Positions 26,807-36,668 of a stretch of DNA of 64,000 nt are shown piece after piece (the stretch's first letter is position 1; the number at the start of each line of letters is the position of its first letter). This DNA is from Treponemataceae bacterium. Its GTDB lineage: Bacteria > Spirochaetota > Spirochaetia > Treponematales > Rectinemataceae. The notes under the pieces are model-generated. The model saw only the letters and a list, made by a program, of their open reading frames with translations. It had not been told where the DNA came from and made no database searches. The stretch lies in assembly GCA_963678065.2 (NCBI GenBank), contig CAXXVZ010000003.1, positions 1,824,001-1,888,000 on the forward strand, in the 5' to 3' direction. Made by a program: the position numbers and the translations under genes.

Positions 26807-27768
26807 GGGGTTCCTTCTTTTTTCTGGATGACCCGCAGGCTGACAGTCGCGGGTTCATAGCTCTCCACCGCGATGCCCTCCGGGGACTTCGCGGAAACCG
26901 GGAGAGTGTAGACCCCCGCCTTGTGGATTTCGGAAGCATCGACAAGGAGGGTACCCGTCGGATTCTGCGCAGTCTCTGTGCTTCCTCTCGGAGTCCTGAG
27001 GCGCATGGAACCCAGGGGCGGGGCCTCGGCCAGAGTGAACTGTTCAGAAAGGTCGGAAACCTTTATTTCGACGTTGGTGAGGACTTTTGCGGGGAGGGAT
27101 TTCTGTATGATGGCCCTGAACTCCACCGAATCCTGCCCGTTCACGACGTTGAGACCTTCTTTTTTGAGGAGGTTGACCCGGGCGGTAAAATCGCCGTTCC
27201 GGCCGGCGAGTTCGATGAAATCGGTGGGGATATCGGTCGTACGCGCGACGGCGCCGGCGGGGCCGCTGATCTGGATTTGAGCGGGGTCGAGGGCATAGGA
27301 GATGAGTTCGTAGCCCGACTCCAGGAAGCCACGGAACGAGGGCGTGACGGGAACCGTCTTGCGGGCTTTCTTCTCTATACCGACCGCGATCTCGGAGGGC
27401 TCGACCTGGATCTCGAGCGGATCGATGCCGGCGGCCTCTCCTCTCCTCTCGATGCGGACATTGACGCGGTGGATGCCTTCGCTCCGGAAAGACGTCAGGT
27501 CGAGGCTGGCAGTGATGTCGTCCTCCCTGATCGAGACAAGGCTCTCCGCCTCGCCGCGCAGGATGACGCGCACGGAGCGCGGGAACTGGTTGGAGGGGAG
27601 GTATTCTTCGTTGAGCGAGATGGCGAGGGGCACAAAGAGGTATCGCTCCCCGAGGCGGTTCAGGCTGAAAAAGAAGAAGAGGAGGAGCGCCGCGGCGAGC
27701 GAGAGGATCTTGGCGGGCCAGTCGTTCATCACCCGCTCGAGAAGGGGTTTATGCTTCGACAGAGGCAT
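26803..27768 (-). CDS. cdaR: CdaR/YbbR-like protein
   Basis: N-terminal TM (KILSLAAALLLFFF) and repeated beta-rich YbbR-like segments; follows cdaA. Confidence 0.8.
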   Translation of the reverse strand: MPLSKHKPLLERVMNDWPAKILSLAAALLLFFFFSLNRLGERYLFVPLAISLNEEYLPSNQFPRSVRVILRGEAESLVSIREDDITASLDLTSFRSEGIHRVNVRIERRGEAAGIDPLEIQVEPSEIAVGIEKKARKTVPVTPSFRGFLESGYELISYALDPAQIQISGPAGAVARTTDIPTDFIELAGRNGDFTARVNLLKKEGLNVVNGQDSVEFRAIIQKSLPAKVLTNVEIKVSDLSEQFTLAEAPPLGSMRLRTPRGSTETAQNPTGTLLVDASEIHKAGVYTLPVSAKSPEGIAVESYEPATVSLRVIQKKEGTP

Positions 27769-28555
27769 CGTCGGAGCCCTCCTTCGCCTCGCTGTAGCTG
27801 TCAAGAAGATCGTGGAGTCTCGCCCGGATGCCGGAGGCCGGCAGTCCGTAGTAGAGCTTCGAGTCGTAGGCGAGCGAGATGGCCCCCGTCTCCTCCGAGA
27901 CCACGAGGACGACCGAGTCCGTGTCCTCGGTTACACCGAGAGCGGCGCGGTGGCGTGTGCCGAAACTTTTCCGTATGTCCTGCTGCTCGGAGAGCGGAAG
28001 GAAACAGCCCGCCGAGGCGATGCGGCCATTCTGGATGATGAGGGCCCCATCGTGCAGGGGGGTGTCGTACTCGAAGATGCTGACTATGAGGCTCGTGGAG
28101 ATGAGGGCGTCGAGCCGCGTTCCTGCGTCGACGATGCTCTTGAGACCGACATCGCGCACGAACACGACGAGGGCTCCGCGCCGCTTGGCCGAGAGCATTT
28201 CCGCCGCGGCTATGACGGCCTCGAATTGGGTGTTCCTCGCCCTGCCCACGCCCTTGAAGAGCGAGCCCTGGCCGAGACGCATGAATATTTTGCGGAGTTC
28301 AGGCTGAAAAACGATGGCGAGGGCGATGACGAGGCCGGGAGCGAGGATGCCGAGGAGCCAGGTGACGGTCGCGAGCTTGAGGAAGAAGGCGGCCGTGTAG
28401 ATTCCGGCGAGGATGAGAATCCCCTTGACGAGCTGGATGGCCTGGGTCCGCACGAGTATCTCGTATGTCTTGTATATGAGGAAGGCGAGGAGGAGTATGT
28501 CCGCGGCGGGGCGCAGGTATTCCGTGATGAGCTTCCCGAACGGCTGCAGGTTCAC
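27749..28555 (-). CDS. cdaA: Diadenylate cyclase
   Basis: 3 TM, FQPELR, TPLHDGA, GTRHRAA, VSEETG. Confidence 0.94.
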   Translation of the reverse strand: MNLQPFGKLITEYLRPAADILLLAFLIYKTYEILVRTQAIQLVKGILILAGIYTAAFFLKLATVTWLLGILAPGLVIALAIVFQPELRKIFMRLGQGSLFKGVGRARNTQFEAVIAAAEMLSAKRRGALVVFVRDVGLKSIVDAGTRLDALISTSLIVSIFEYDTPLHDGALIIQNGRIASAGCFLPLSEQQDIRKSFGTRHRAALGVTEDTDSVVLVVSEETGAISLAYDSKLYYGLPASGIRARLHDLLDSYSEAKEGSDDASVEA

Positions 28556-29415
28556 TGTCCCCCTCCTCCCGGCAAGGCTCCATTATAGCACGAGGAAAGG
28601 CAGAGCAGGGCATCCACCGTTTCGGCGACGTCGTGAACGCGGAAAATAGCGGCTCCCCGCATCCAGGCCGCGCAGGCGGCGCCGATGCTTCCGGCGAGCC
28701 TTTCGGCGACAGGTTTCCCCGTGATCTCTCCGATGATGCGCTTGCGGGAGATTCCCACGAGCACGGGATAGCCGAGAGAAACGATGTCCTCGAGCCCCGC
28801 GAGGAGGGCGAGGTTGTCGCATGTCCGCTTTCCGAATCCGATGCCGGGATCGAGTATGATCCGTTCCCGCCGCACGCCGGCCGCCGCGGCGCGGGAAACG
28901 CTCAGGGCCAGGGAGGACCGCACCTCCGCGAGGCAGTCGACGTAGGAAGGATCGTCCTGCATGGTTCCGGGACTGCCCTGCATGTGCATGAGGATGACAG
29001 GCGCCTCCGTTTCTGCGGCGAGCGAACACATGTCCATTCCGGAGAGCGCCGTTATGTCGTTGATGATGTCCGCGCCCGCATCGAGGGCCGCGCGCGCGAC
29101 TTCGGCCTTGCGCGTATCGACGGAGAGCGGTATGTCCGAAACGGCCCGGATGGCCTCTATGGCGGGAATAACCCGCTCCAGCTCTTCCCCGACCCCGACA
29201 GGCTCCGCGCCGGGCCTCGTCGACTCCCCTCCGATGTCGACGATGGAAGCGCCCGCCGCCTGCATGGCGAGAACGGTATCCTGAACTCCGGCCGCGGTGA
29301 GATGGCGCGATCCGGCATGGAATGAGTCCGGGGTGGCGTTCACGATCCCCATCACGGCGAATCCCCTGGCGAAGGACAGAACCCGTCCGCGCCCGAGCGC
29401 TATGTCGCGCATCAT
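28552..29415 (-). CDS. folP: Dihydropteroate synthase
   Basis: MGIVNATPDSF, DIGGESTRPG, DPGIGFGK, SRK, FRVHDV. Confidence 0.95.
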   Translation of the reverse strand: MMRDIALGRGRVLSFARGFAVMGIVNATPDSFHAGSRHLTAAGVQDTVLAMQAAGASIVDIGGESTRPGAEPVGVGEELERVIPAIEAIRAVSDIPLSVDTRKAEVARAALDAGADIINDITALSGMDMCSLAAETEAPVILMHMQGSPGTMQDDPSYVDCLAEVRSSLALSVSRAAAAGVRRERIILDPGIGFGKRTCDNLALLAGLEDIVSLGYPVLVGISRKRIIGEITGKPVAERLAGSIGAACAAWMRGAAIFRVHDVAETVDALLCLSSCYNGALPGGGGQ

Positions 29416-31340
29416 GCGGCGCCACCCTGAGCGGCGCGGCAACACTCCCGCATCGCCGAGAGAAGGTCCGCGGGGGCAAGGCCCGACATCGCGAGGAGCT
29501 CGTCGCGTGTCCCCTGGGGCAGCGGGCTCGATGGCACAGATTTCATGCTGAACGCGATGCCGCCCCTGCCCGGCCGCATGATGATCGAGGCGAGCGATTC
29601 GCCGACGCCGCCGGTCCCGATGTTTTCCTCGATCGCGAGAAAACCCGAATACGGAGCGACGATCTCCGAAAGATACGCCTCATCGATGGGGGCGACAAAG
29701 CGGAGGGAGTAGACGTCAGCCATCAGACCCTCGGCCTCGAGAAGGACGGCCGCGTCGAGGGCCGACGAGACAAGGACTCCGGCTGTCATGACAAGCACAT
29801 CGGAACTCCCTGTCCGCCTGAGGAAAACGCCGCGTCCTGGTACGAGGGGCTGGGAAAAGGCAGGATTCTCGGGCGGAAGGGCTGTCTTTGGATAGCGAAC
29901 CATCACCGGTCCGGAGGATTCCACGGCCCAGCGGAGGCAGAGATCAAGATCGACGCCGCTCGCGGGCGCCAGCATAGTCAAGCCAGGCATGGATCTGAAC
30001 ATGGAGAGATCGTAGATTCCCTGGTGAGTTTCTCCGTCATCGGGCACCAGTCCAGTCCTGTCTACGGCAAAAACGACGTGAAGTCCCTGCAGGGCCACAT
30101 CGTGGAAAACCTGGTCTACGGCCCTCTGCATGAATGTAGAATAAATGGCCACGACGGGGAGGAGCCCGCCTGATGCCATACCGGCTGCATAGGTGACTGC
30201 ATGCTGCTCGGCTATGCCTACATCGTGGAAACGGGCAGGATAACTCGTCTTGAAGGCATCGAGTCCCGTTCCCTTGGACATCGCCGCCGTGATCGCGACG
30301 AGATCGCAGCGCGCATTCGCAATGTCGACGATGCTGGCCGAAAATACATCGGTGAAGCTGCGTTTCGGAGTGGAGACGGAGGAGATCCGGGAGTCCGGGC
30401 AGGATGCCGGAGCGCCCGGAGCCGCGGCGGGAGGCTTGGCCGGAGCGACTCCGTGAAAGCTGGCCGGATCCTCCTCGGCGTCGCTGTGCCCCCTGCCCTT
30501 GTGAGTGACCATGTGCACGACGCAGGGTCTGTCCAGCTTGCGTACATCGTTCAGGACCTCCGTCATGGCAGGGATGTCGTGGCCGTCGATGGGACCGATA
30601 TACTCGAAGCCGAATTCGGAAAAGAGGTTTTCCTTGTAGAACAAGGCTTTGACGGAACGTTTCCACCGCATCATGAGCGCGAAAAGTTTCGGCCCGTACC
30701 GCGGAATGCTCCTGACTATCCTGTCGACAATCGAACGGAATGTCTGATAGCGGACCGTCGCCGACAGGCGCGACAGGTAGCGCGAGAAAGACCCCACGAC
30801 GGGCGAAATCGACATCTTGTTGTCATTGAGTACGACAATGAGCGGAAGCATGGACTGCCCGGCGTGGTTCAGCGCCTCGAAGGCCATGCCTCCGTTGAGG
30901 GCTCCGTCGCCGATCACCGCCACGACTTTCCCTGCATCGCCGAGGAATTTCCTGGCATCGAGAATGCCAAGGGCCGTGGAGATCGACGTGGAAGCGTGCC
31001 CCGTGTCGAAGGCGTCGTGCACGCTCTCGGAGCGCTTGGGGAATCCCGAGATGCCACCCTTCCTGCGCAGACCCGCGAAACCATCCCGTCTTCCGGTGAT
31101 GAGCTTGTGGGTATAGCACTGGTGGCCGACGTCCCAGATAATCGTGTCCTCGGGAGTCCGGAACACCCTGTGCAGGGCGAGAGTGAGTTCCACCACCCCG
31201 AGGTTGGAGGCGAGGTGACCTCCGTTGCGGCTGACTGTGTCGATGATGAGGTTACGGATTTCCTCGGAGAGGATTTTAAGTTCGTCGAAGCTCATCCGCC
31301 TGATATCATCAGGACTGTTCACTGAATCGAGAAGGGACAT
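29412..31340 (-). CDS. dxs: 1-deoxy-D-xylulose-5-phosphate synthase
   Basis: GGHLASNLGVVEL, WDVGHQ, GHASTSIS, GDGALNGG, DVGIAEQHA, IYSTFMQRA. Confidence 0.96.
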   Translation of the reverse strand: MSLLDSVNSPDDIRRMSFDELKILSEEIRNLIIDTVSRNGGHLASNLGVVELTLALHRVFRTPEDTIIWDVGHQCYTHKLITGRRDGFAGLRRKGGISGFPKRSESVHDAFDTGHASTSISTALGILDARKFLGDAGKVVAVIGDGALNGGMAFEALNHAGQSMLPLIVVLNDNKMSISPVVGSFSRYLSRLSATVRYQTFRSIVDRIVRSIPRYGPKLFALMMRWKRSVKALFYKENLFSEFGFEYIGPIDGHDIPAMTEVLNDVRKLDRPCVVHMVTHKGRGHSDAEEDPASFHGVAPAKPPAAAPGAPASCPDSRISSVSTPKRSFTDVFSASIVDIANARCDLVAITAAMSKGTGLDAFKTSYPARFHDVGIAEQHAVTYAAGMASGGLLPVVAIYSTFMQRAVDQVFHDVALQGLHVVFAVDRTGLVPDDGETHQGIYDLSMFRSMPGLTMLAPASGVDLDLCLRWAVESSGPVMVRYPKTALPPENPAFSQPLVPGRGVFLRRTGSSDVLVMTAGVLVSSALDAAVLLEAEGLMADVYSLRFVAPIDEAYLSEIVAPYSGFLAIEENIGTGGVGESLASIIMRPGRGGIAFSMKSVPSSPLPQGTRDELLAMSGLAPADLLSAMRECCRAAQGGAA

Positions 31341-31543
31341 TGGGACGAGGATAGCACGGGAGGCCGGCTTCGTTCCACAGGTGGTGAAGCCGATGCAGTC
31401 TGGCCTGTGTCGACGACTGTGCCGGTCCCGGTCCCGCACAGCCGAACGGTTTCAGCGGTGTCGGCCCCCCGTACCCTGATCCCGCGCAGTCGCGGCGCGG
31501 CCGCCTCTTGCGCGAAAGGCCTCCGGCCGGGCAGAGTGTGCCC

Positions 31544-32068
31544 ATGGCCGGATACACGCTTCTGACGCTGAAACTCGCCTCAGCCCTCTCCTACCGCAGA
31601 GTGGACTTCGAGGCGGAAAAGTTCCGGGATTTTGCCGCAGTGTCGGCAGAGGGCATTCCTTCCGCCGAGGGAGGAGAAACCGTTCTCTTCTACTCCCCCG
31701 ACTCCCTCGTCCGTTTCGACGAAGCTGAAGGGCCCCGCATCCTTGCGCTGCCGGGAAAACCCGAACGCTTCGGGGTCTCGCGGGAAAACCGCCACGAGGC
31801 GGGAGAAGACAAGGCGGGAGAAGACAAGGCGGGAGAAGACAAGGCGGGAGAAGGCAAAGAGGAAGAAGGCCTCACTCTCGAACCAGGGCTGTACGGATTC
31901 ATGCAGTGGAGGGTGGCAGATGCCGCGGGATTGGCCGAGGGAATCGAATACTTCGCCCGCGAGACCTGGTGGGAGAAGCTGGGCTGCCGCGGTCCCTGGA
32001 TTCTCAGGCGCGTCGCCGAGGACGGAAAGATCGCGACCCAGCTCCTCGCGCGGCTGGCGGGACAGTAA
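31544..32068 (+). CDS. Hypothetical protein with an internal (AGEDK)n repeat
   Basis: Divergent from dxs, fills the gap and is followed by a terminator; the C-terminus (LEPGLYGFMQWR...EDGKIATQL) looks protein-like. Confidence 0.6.
   Translation: MAGYTLLTLKLASALSYRRVDFEAEKFRDFAAVSAEGIPSAEGGETVLFYSPDSLVRFDEAEGPRILALPGKPERFGVSRENRHEAGEDKAGEDKAGEDKAGEGKEEEGLTLEPGLYGFMQWRVADAAGLAEGIEYFARETWWEKLGCRGPWILRRVAEDGKIATQLLARLAGQ
31797..31853 (+). repeat. 15-bp tandem repeat (AGGCGGGAGAAGACA, ~3.8 copies)
   Basis: Directly visible; in frame, encoding AGEDK x3. Confidence 0.9.
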
Positions 32069-32139
32069 AACCGATGGGACGGCAAAGCTGGCTGCCCAAT
32101 GGAACAGTGCCAGCAAAGGCACAAAACAGTCAGCCCATG

Positions 32140-32175
32140 AAAAAAGCCGACGGGGACGATCCCCGCCGGCTTTTT
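32140..32175. terminator. Bidirectional terminator between the hypothetical gene and alaS
   Basis: AAAAAAGCCG-A-CGGGGA...TCCCCG-C-CGGCTTTTT. Confidence 0.75.
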
Positions 32176-32239
32176 CTCTTCATCGGGGCCCGTCACCGAC
32201 TCCCGTTGTCGGACCCTGTTGCCGGGAAGAGCCCGGTCT

Positions 32240-34063
32240 TCAGCTCAGGATTCCGTAGATGCGCCTGACGCCGGCGCTCGACGACTGCTCTTTCTGGATG
32301 CGGAAGCTGCCGAGGAGGCCTGTGCGCTCGATGTGCGGACCGCCGCAGACCTCCTTGGAGAAGTCGCCGATCGTGTAGACCTTCACGTTCTCCTCGTACT
32401 TCTCGCCGAACAGCGCCGTGGCGCCCGAGGCCACCGCATCGTCGAGCTTCATCATAGCCATGGTGACGGGCAGATCCCGCTTGATCTGTTCGTTGACGAT
32501 GGCCTCGACCCTCTCGATCTCTTCCTTCGTCATGGGCGCGGGGTGGGAGAAGTCGAAGCGCATGCGCTCGGAGGTGATGTTGGAGCCCTTCTGGTTGACA
32601 TGCTCGCCGAGGACGTTCTTGAGGGCCCTGTGCAGGAGGTGGGTCGCCGTGTGGTACTTCGTGGAGATTTCGGAGTTATCCGCGAGGCCGCCCTTGAATA
32701 TCTGCTCGCTGCCGGCCCGGGAGAGTTCCTGGTGTTTTTTGTAGGCCTCGTCGAATTCTCCGCGGTTGACGGCCAGGCCACTCTCGGCGGCGAGTTCCAG
32801 AGTCAGCTCGATGGGGAAGCCGTAGGTGTCGTAGAGCTTGAAGGCGAGGCGGCCAGACATGGTTTTCATGGGGTTCTTGAGGAGGTTTGGCAGCATCTTG
32901 GCAAACTCGTGCTCGCCGTTCTGCAGGGTCCCGAGGAATTTGGCCTCCTCGGCCGCGAGTTCTTCCATGATTCGCGCCCGATTCTCGACAAGCTCGGGAT
33001 AGGGAGCGGCGTAGTTGTCGATGACGAGGGCGGCGGGCTCGGAGAGGAAGGGCCGCTCGATGCCGAGCTTGCGGCCGTGGCGGATGGCGCGGCGGATGAT
33101 CCTGCGGAGCACGTAGCCCGCCCCCACGTTGGAGGGGGTCACCGCCTTGGGATCGCCCAGAATGAAGGTCGCGGTGCGGACGTGGTCGGCGATGATGCGG
33201 AAGGACTTGTCCACCTCGGGATCGTCGCCGTGGGCCTCACCTGCCGCGCTGTCCCCGGCCTTGTATTTTTTGCCCGTGATCGACTCGAGGAGGGCGAGGA
33301 CGGGCGTGAAGGCTTCGGTGTCGTAGACGGATTTCTTGCCCTGGAGCATGGCGACAGTGCGCTCGATGCCCATGCCCGTGTCGACGCAGGGAGCCGCGAG
33401 AGGGACGTATTTCCCCTCGGCCGACTTGTTGTACTGCATGAAGACGTCGTTCCAGACCTCGAAGTATTTGCCGCAGTGACAGCCGGGCTTGCAGTCGGGA
33501 CCGCAGGCTTCCTTCCCTGTGTCGACGAACATTTCCGAGTCCGGGCCGCAGGGGCCGGTTTCGCCGGCTGGGCCCCACCAGTTGTCCCCGCGCGGGAGAA
33601 AGTGGATGCGCTCGTCGGGGATGCCCTGCTTTTTCCAGATGCTCGCCGAGACATCGTCGCGGGGGATGCCCTCCTCGCCGGCGAAAACAGTCACCGAGAG
33701 CCTGTCCACGGGAATGCCGAGATATTCGGGCTTGGTGAGGAACTCGAAGGACCAGGCGATGGCCTCCTCCTTGAAGTAGTCGCCGAGCGACCAGTTGCCC
33801 AGCATCTCGAAGAAGGTGAGGTGGGAGGGATCGCCGACCGCCTCGATATCGCCTGTGCGGATGCACTTCTGGTAGTCGGTCAGGCGCTTGCCCGCGGGAT
33901 GCGGCTCGCCGAGGAGATAGGGAACGAGAGGGTGCATGCCCGCCGTCGTGAAGAGGACGGTCGGGTCGTTCTCGGGAATGAGGGATTTGCCGGAAATCTC
34001 GACGTGTCCCCTCGCCTTGAAAAATTCTATGTATTTCGTACGCAGTTCATGGATTGTAATCAT
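32240..34063 (-). CDS. alaS: Alanine--tRNA ligase, short form without the C-Ala domain
   Basis: DPTVLFTTAGM, HLTFFEMLGNWS, GPCGPDSE, DTGMGIER; editing motifs HTATH and CGGPH; ends right after GVRRI. Confidence 0.96.
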   Translation of the reverse strand: MITIHELRTKYIEFFKARGHVEISGKSLIPENDPTVLFTTAGMHPLVPYLLGEPHPAGKRLTDYQKCIRTGDIEAVGDPSHLTFFEMLGNWSLGDYFKEEAIAWSFEFLTKPEYLGIPVDRLSVTVFAGEEGIPRDDVSASIWKKQGIPDERIHFLPRGDNWWGPAGETGPCGPDSEMFVDTGKEACGPDCKPGCHCGKYFEVWNDVFMQYNKSAEGKYVPLAAPCVDTGMGIERTVAMLQGKKSVYDTEAFTPVLALLESITGKKYKAGDSAAGEAHGDDPEVDKSFRIIADHVRTATFILGDPKAVTPSNVGAGYVLRRIIRRAIRHGRKLGIERPFLSEPAALVIDNYAAPYPELVENRARIMEELAAEEAKFLGTLQNGEHEFAKMLPNLLKNPMKTMSGRLAFKLYDTYGFPIELTLELAAESGLAVNRGEFDEAYKKHQELSRAGSEQIFKGGLADNSEISTKYHTATHLLHRALKNVLGEHVNQKGSNITSERMRFDFSHPAPMTKEEIERVEAIVNEQIKRDLPVTMAMMKLDDAVASGATALFGEKYEENVKVYTIGDFSKEVCGGPHIERTGLLGSFRIQKEQSSSAGVRRIYGILS

Positions 34064-34131
34064 GGCAGGCAGTGTAGAGCATGTCGCGGAAAAACGTCAA
34101 TTCGTGGATGCGGAAAGGACGATCCTGCAGT

Positions 34132-34165
34132 ATACTATAAACGAACGATCATTCATTTATAGTAT
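34132..34165. promoter_or_regulatory. Palindromic operator (TetR-like) upstream of the epimerase gene
   Basis: ATACTATAAA-CGAACGATCATTCA-TTTATAGTAT. Confidence 0.6.
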
Positions 34166-34185
34166 CGTGTCTCGGGAGGAAGTCC

Positions 34186-35349
34186 ATGAATGTCCTTGTA
34201 ACGGGAGCCCTCGGAAATGTGGGGACCAGCACAGTCCGCGCCCTGCTCGGGCGGGGCGACCGCGTGACAGTCTTCGAGGCCGACACCCGGAAGACGAGGC
34301 GGGCGGCGGAAAAGTTTGCCCGCTCGATCCGGCAGCGAGGCAGCGCGGGAAGCGGCTCCGCCCCGGAGGGACCAAGCGGGGGATGCCGCTTCGTTTTCGG
34401 CGATATACGGGACGAAAAGGCCCTGGTCCGGGCACTCTCGACCTCCTCCGATCTCGCGGATTTAGGCGGAATCGTCGGCGTCGACAGGGCCTTCGACGAT
34501 GTGGGTACCGCGGCAGGATGTGGCATGGTGGATGCTGTCTGCCACCTCGCCGCCGTCATTCCGCCCGCCGCGGACAAAGTTCCGGGTCTCGCCGATTCGG
34601 TCAACACAGGAGGAACCGCCGCCCTGATCGGCGCCTGTCGCGCGGCGGCCGACGCCGCTGGAGCTCCGGCGCCGAGGATAATCCTCGCCTCGAGCATCGC
34701 GGTGTACGGCGACAGACTCGGCTCGCCCATGATCCGGAGCGGCGACATCCCCGCCCCCGACGACGTCTACGGGCGGAGCAAGCTCGAGTGCGAGCGGATA
34801 CTGCGCTCCTCGGGCCTGCCCTGGACCATCTTCCGCCTCACCTACATCGTGTCTCCCGGCTGGATCGATCCCGACCCCATGCTCTTCGACATGCCAATCT
34901 CCACCAAGATCGAAATATGCCACACGGAGGACGCGGGAAGGGCATTCGCGGCCGCAGTCCACTGCCCGGAGACAGCCGGAAGAATCCTCGACATAGGCGG
35001 TGGAAGCTCATGCCGCACGGTATTCCGCTCCTATCTCGACAGAATGTTCAGGAGTTTCGGCCTGGGGAGCTCGGCCTTCCTTCCCGATGCGGCCTTCGCC
35101 AGAGGGAACTTCCACTGTGGCTGGTACGAGGACAGCGACGAGGTCGAAGCTATGCTCGGGTTCCGGACGAAGAACCTCGAGGACTACTATTCCGAGGTGC
35201 AGTGGAAGATGAGGAGACTCAGGTTTTTTGCCTCGCTCGTCGCACCGATCGTCCGGTGGCGGCTCCTCGCCCTGAGCCCTTACCTGTCTGCCAGGGGTTT
35301 TTCCCGACCGCCCGTACCGGCCTCCGCGAACGGCCTGCCCCGCCCTTAA
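34186..35349 (+). CDS. NAD-dependent epimerase/dehydratase (extended SDR)
   Basis: VLVTGALGNVG, HLAA, ASSIAVYG, YGRSK. Confidence 0.9.
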   Translation: MNVLVTGALGNVGTSTVRALLGRGDRVTVFEADTRKTRRAAEKFARSIRQRGSAGSGSAPEGPSGGCRFVFGDIRDEKALVRALSTSSDLADLGGIVGVDRAFDDVGTAAGCGMVDAVCHLAAVIPPAADKVPGLADSVNTGGTAALIGACRAAADAAGAPAPRIILASSIAVYGDRLGSPMIRSGDIPAPDDVYGRSKLECERILRSSGLPWTIFRLTYIVSPGWIDPDPMLFDMPISTKIEICHTEDAGRAFAAAVHCPETAGRILDIGGGSSCRTVFRSYLDRMFRSFGLGSSAFLPDAAFARGNFHCGWYEDSDEVEAMLGFRTKNLEDYYSEVQWKMRRLRFFASLVAPIVRWRLLALSPYLSARGFSRPPVPASANGLPRP

Positions 35350-35391
35350 GTCCGGGATGGTCAGCCGGAGGCTTCGGTTCGCGCGAAAGCT

Positions 35392-35964
35392 CTAGGGAAG
35401 GCTGAGGCCGAAGGCGCGCTCACTCGCCGCGACGATGAACTCCGTCACCTCCGCCTGCCCGATTCCGATGCCGGAGCGGCTTCCCAGGCTGACGACATCG
35501 AGACTTCCGAGCAGGATGACGGCGAGGGCCGTGCGTATGAAGGAGAGAGGCATATCGCGCGCCAAGTCCCCGAGGCCCCCGCCCACAAGATCCGCGAGCC
35601 TGTCCAGCTTGGCGCCGAGGGCGCCGGCCCCCGCCCCTTCCTTCAGCAGGATGGCGATGAGGTCGACATCGCCGTAGAGGGTGGGCAGGGCCTGCCGGAC
35701 GAGGAAACCGAGCCTGGTCCCGGGGTCATGGCAGGCCGAAAGGCCCGCTTCGAGATAGGATGAAAACTCCTCCCATCCCTCCTCGATGACGGCGACGAGG
35801 ATGTCGTCTTTGCCACGGAAGTAGGTGTAGACGCTGCCGACGGGAATTCCGGCCTCGGCCGCGAGGGCCGCCACGCTGGAAGCGGCGAAGCCATGCAGGG
35901 CGAAGAGCCTTTTCGCGGCCGAAAGGATTGCCCTTCTCCGCGATTCATCGGGGACGCGGGACAA
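35392..35964 (-). CDS. TetR-family regulator
   Basis: AILSAAKRLFALHGF...GSVYTYFRGKDDIL. Confidence 0.88.
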   Translation of the reverse strand: MSRVPDESRRRAILSAAKRLFALHGFAASSVAALAAEAGIPVGSVYTYFRGKDDILVAVIEEGWEEFSSYLEAGLSACHDPGTRLGFLVRQALPTLYGDVDLIAILLKEGAGAGALGAKLDRLADLVGGGLGDLARDMPLSFIRTALAVILLGSLDVVSLGSRSGIGIGQAEVTEFIVAASERAFGLSLP

Positions 35965-35967
35965 GGA

Positions 35968-36468
35968 TCACCCGCCCGTATATTCGAAGACGCCGAGAGT
36001 GCGGTTCTTCTCGACCCTGTCCCAGGGGAAAAACCTGCCGTTCATGGCGATGTAGACCCCTTCGGGCAGGAGCTGGACCGCCGCCACCGCCGTGCCGAAA
36101 TTGAAGAGCGCGTCCGAACCCTGGATCTTGAAGGGGACCATGGCTCCCGTGAGGACGATAGTCTTGCCGAGCCCGGCCGCGCCGAGAAGGGCCGCGGTCT
36201 TGGCCATGGTATCGGTGCCGTGCGTGATGACGATGCGCGTCTCGGCGGCGGAGCTGCAGGCCTCGAGGACGGAGCGCCTGTTGTCGTCCTGCATCTGGAG
36301 GCTGTCGATGAGCTGGTTTGTCTCCACGCGGATCGGAAGGGTCACGCGGACCTGTTTCAGAATCTCGGGCAGGTGCGACTCCTTGAAGGTGAGTTCGCCA
36401 CGGATCTCGTCGTAATGCTTGTCGAAGGTGCCGCCGGTAACGATGACCAGGATGGATTCGGTTGTCAT
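35968..36468 (-). CDS. Short asparaginase-domain protein
   Basis: TGGTFDK, HGTDTM, LTGAMVP. Confidence 0.88.
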   Translation of the reverse strand: MTTESILVIVTGGTFDKHYDEIRGELTFKESHLPEILKQVRVTLPIRVETNQLIDSLQMQDDNRRSVLEACSSAAETRIVITHGTDTMAKTAALLGAAGLGKTIVLTGAMVPFKIQGSDALFNFGTAVAAVQLLPEGVYIAMNGRFFPWDRVEKNRTLGVFEYTGG

Positions 36469-36585
36469 GGAAGGATTATGTATCGGTTTCCGGAAAAACA
36501 GCAAGTAAAAACGCCTTCTTACTCCTTCCGCCCGCGCCCTTCAGCCTCCTTTTTCCTCTGCCGCGCAAGGGACTTTGAGGAGGAC

Positions 36586-36613
36586 TTGACGTGGCCCCGA
36601 TAACCCGTACAAT
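36586..36613 (+). promoter_or_regulatory. Probable sigma70 promoter
   Basis: TTGACG-16-TACAAT upstream of the SLT gene. Confidence 0.55.
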
Positions 36614-36668
36614 GATAAAGTGTGAGACGTCATAATTTTTAATTCACTTCAGGGAGTGAGTATATCGA

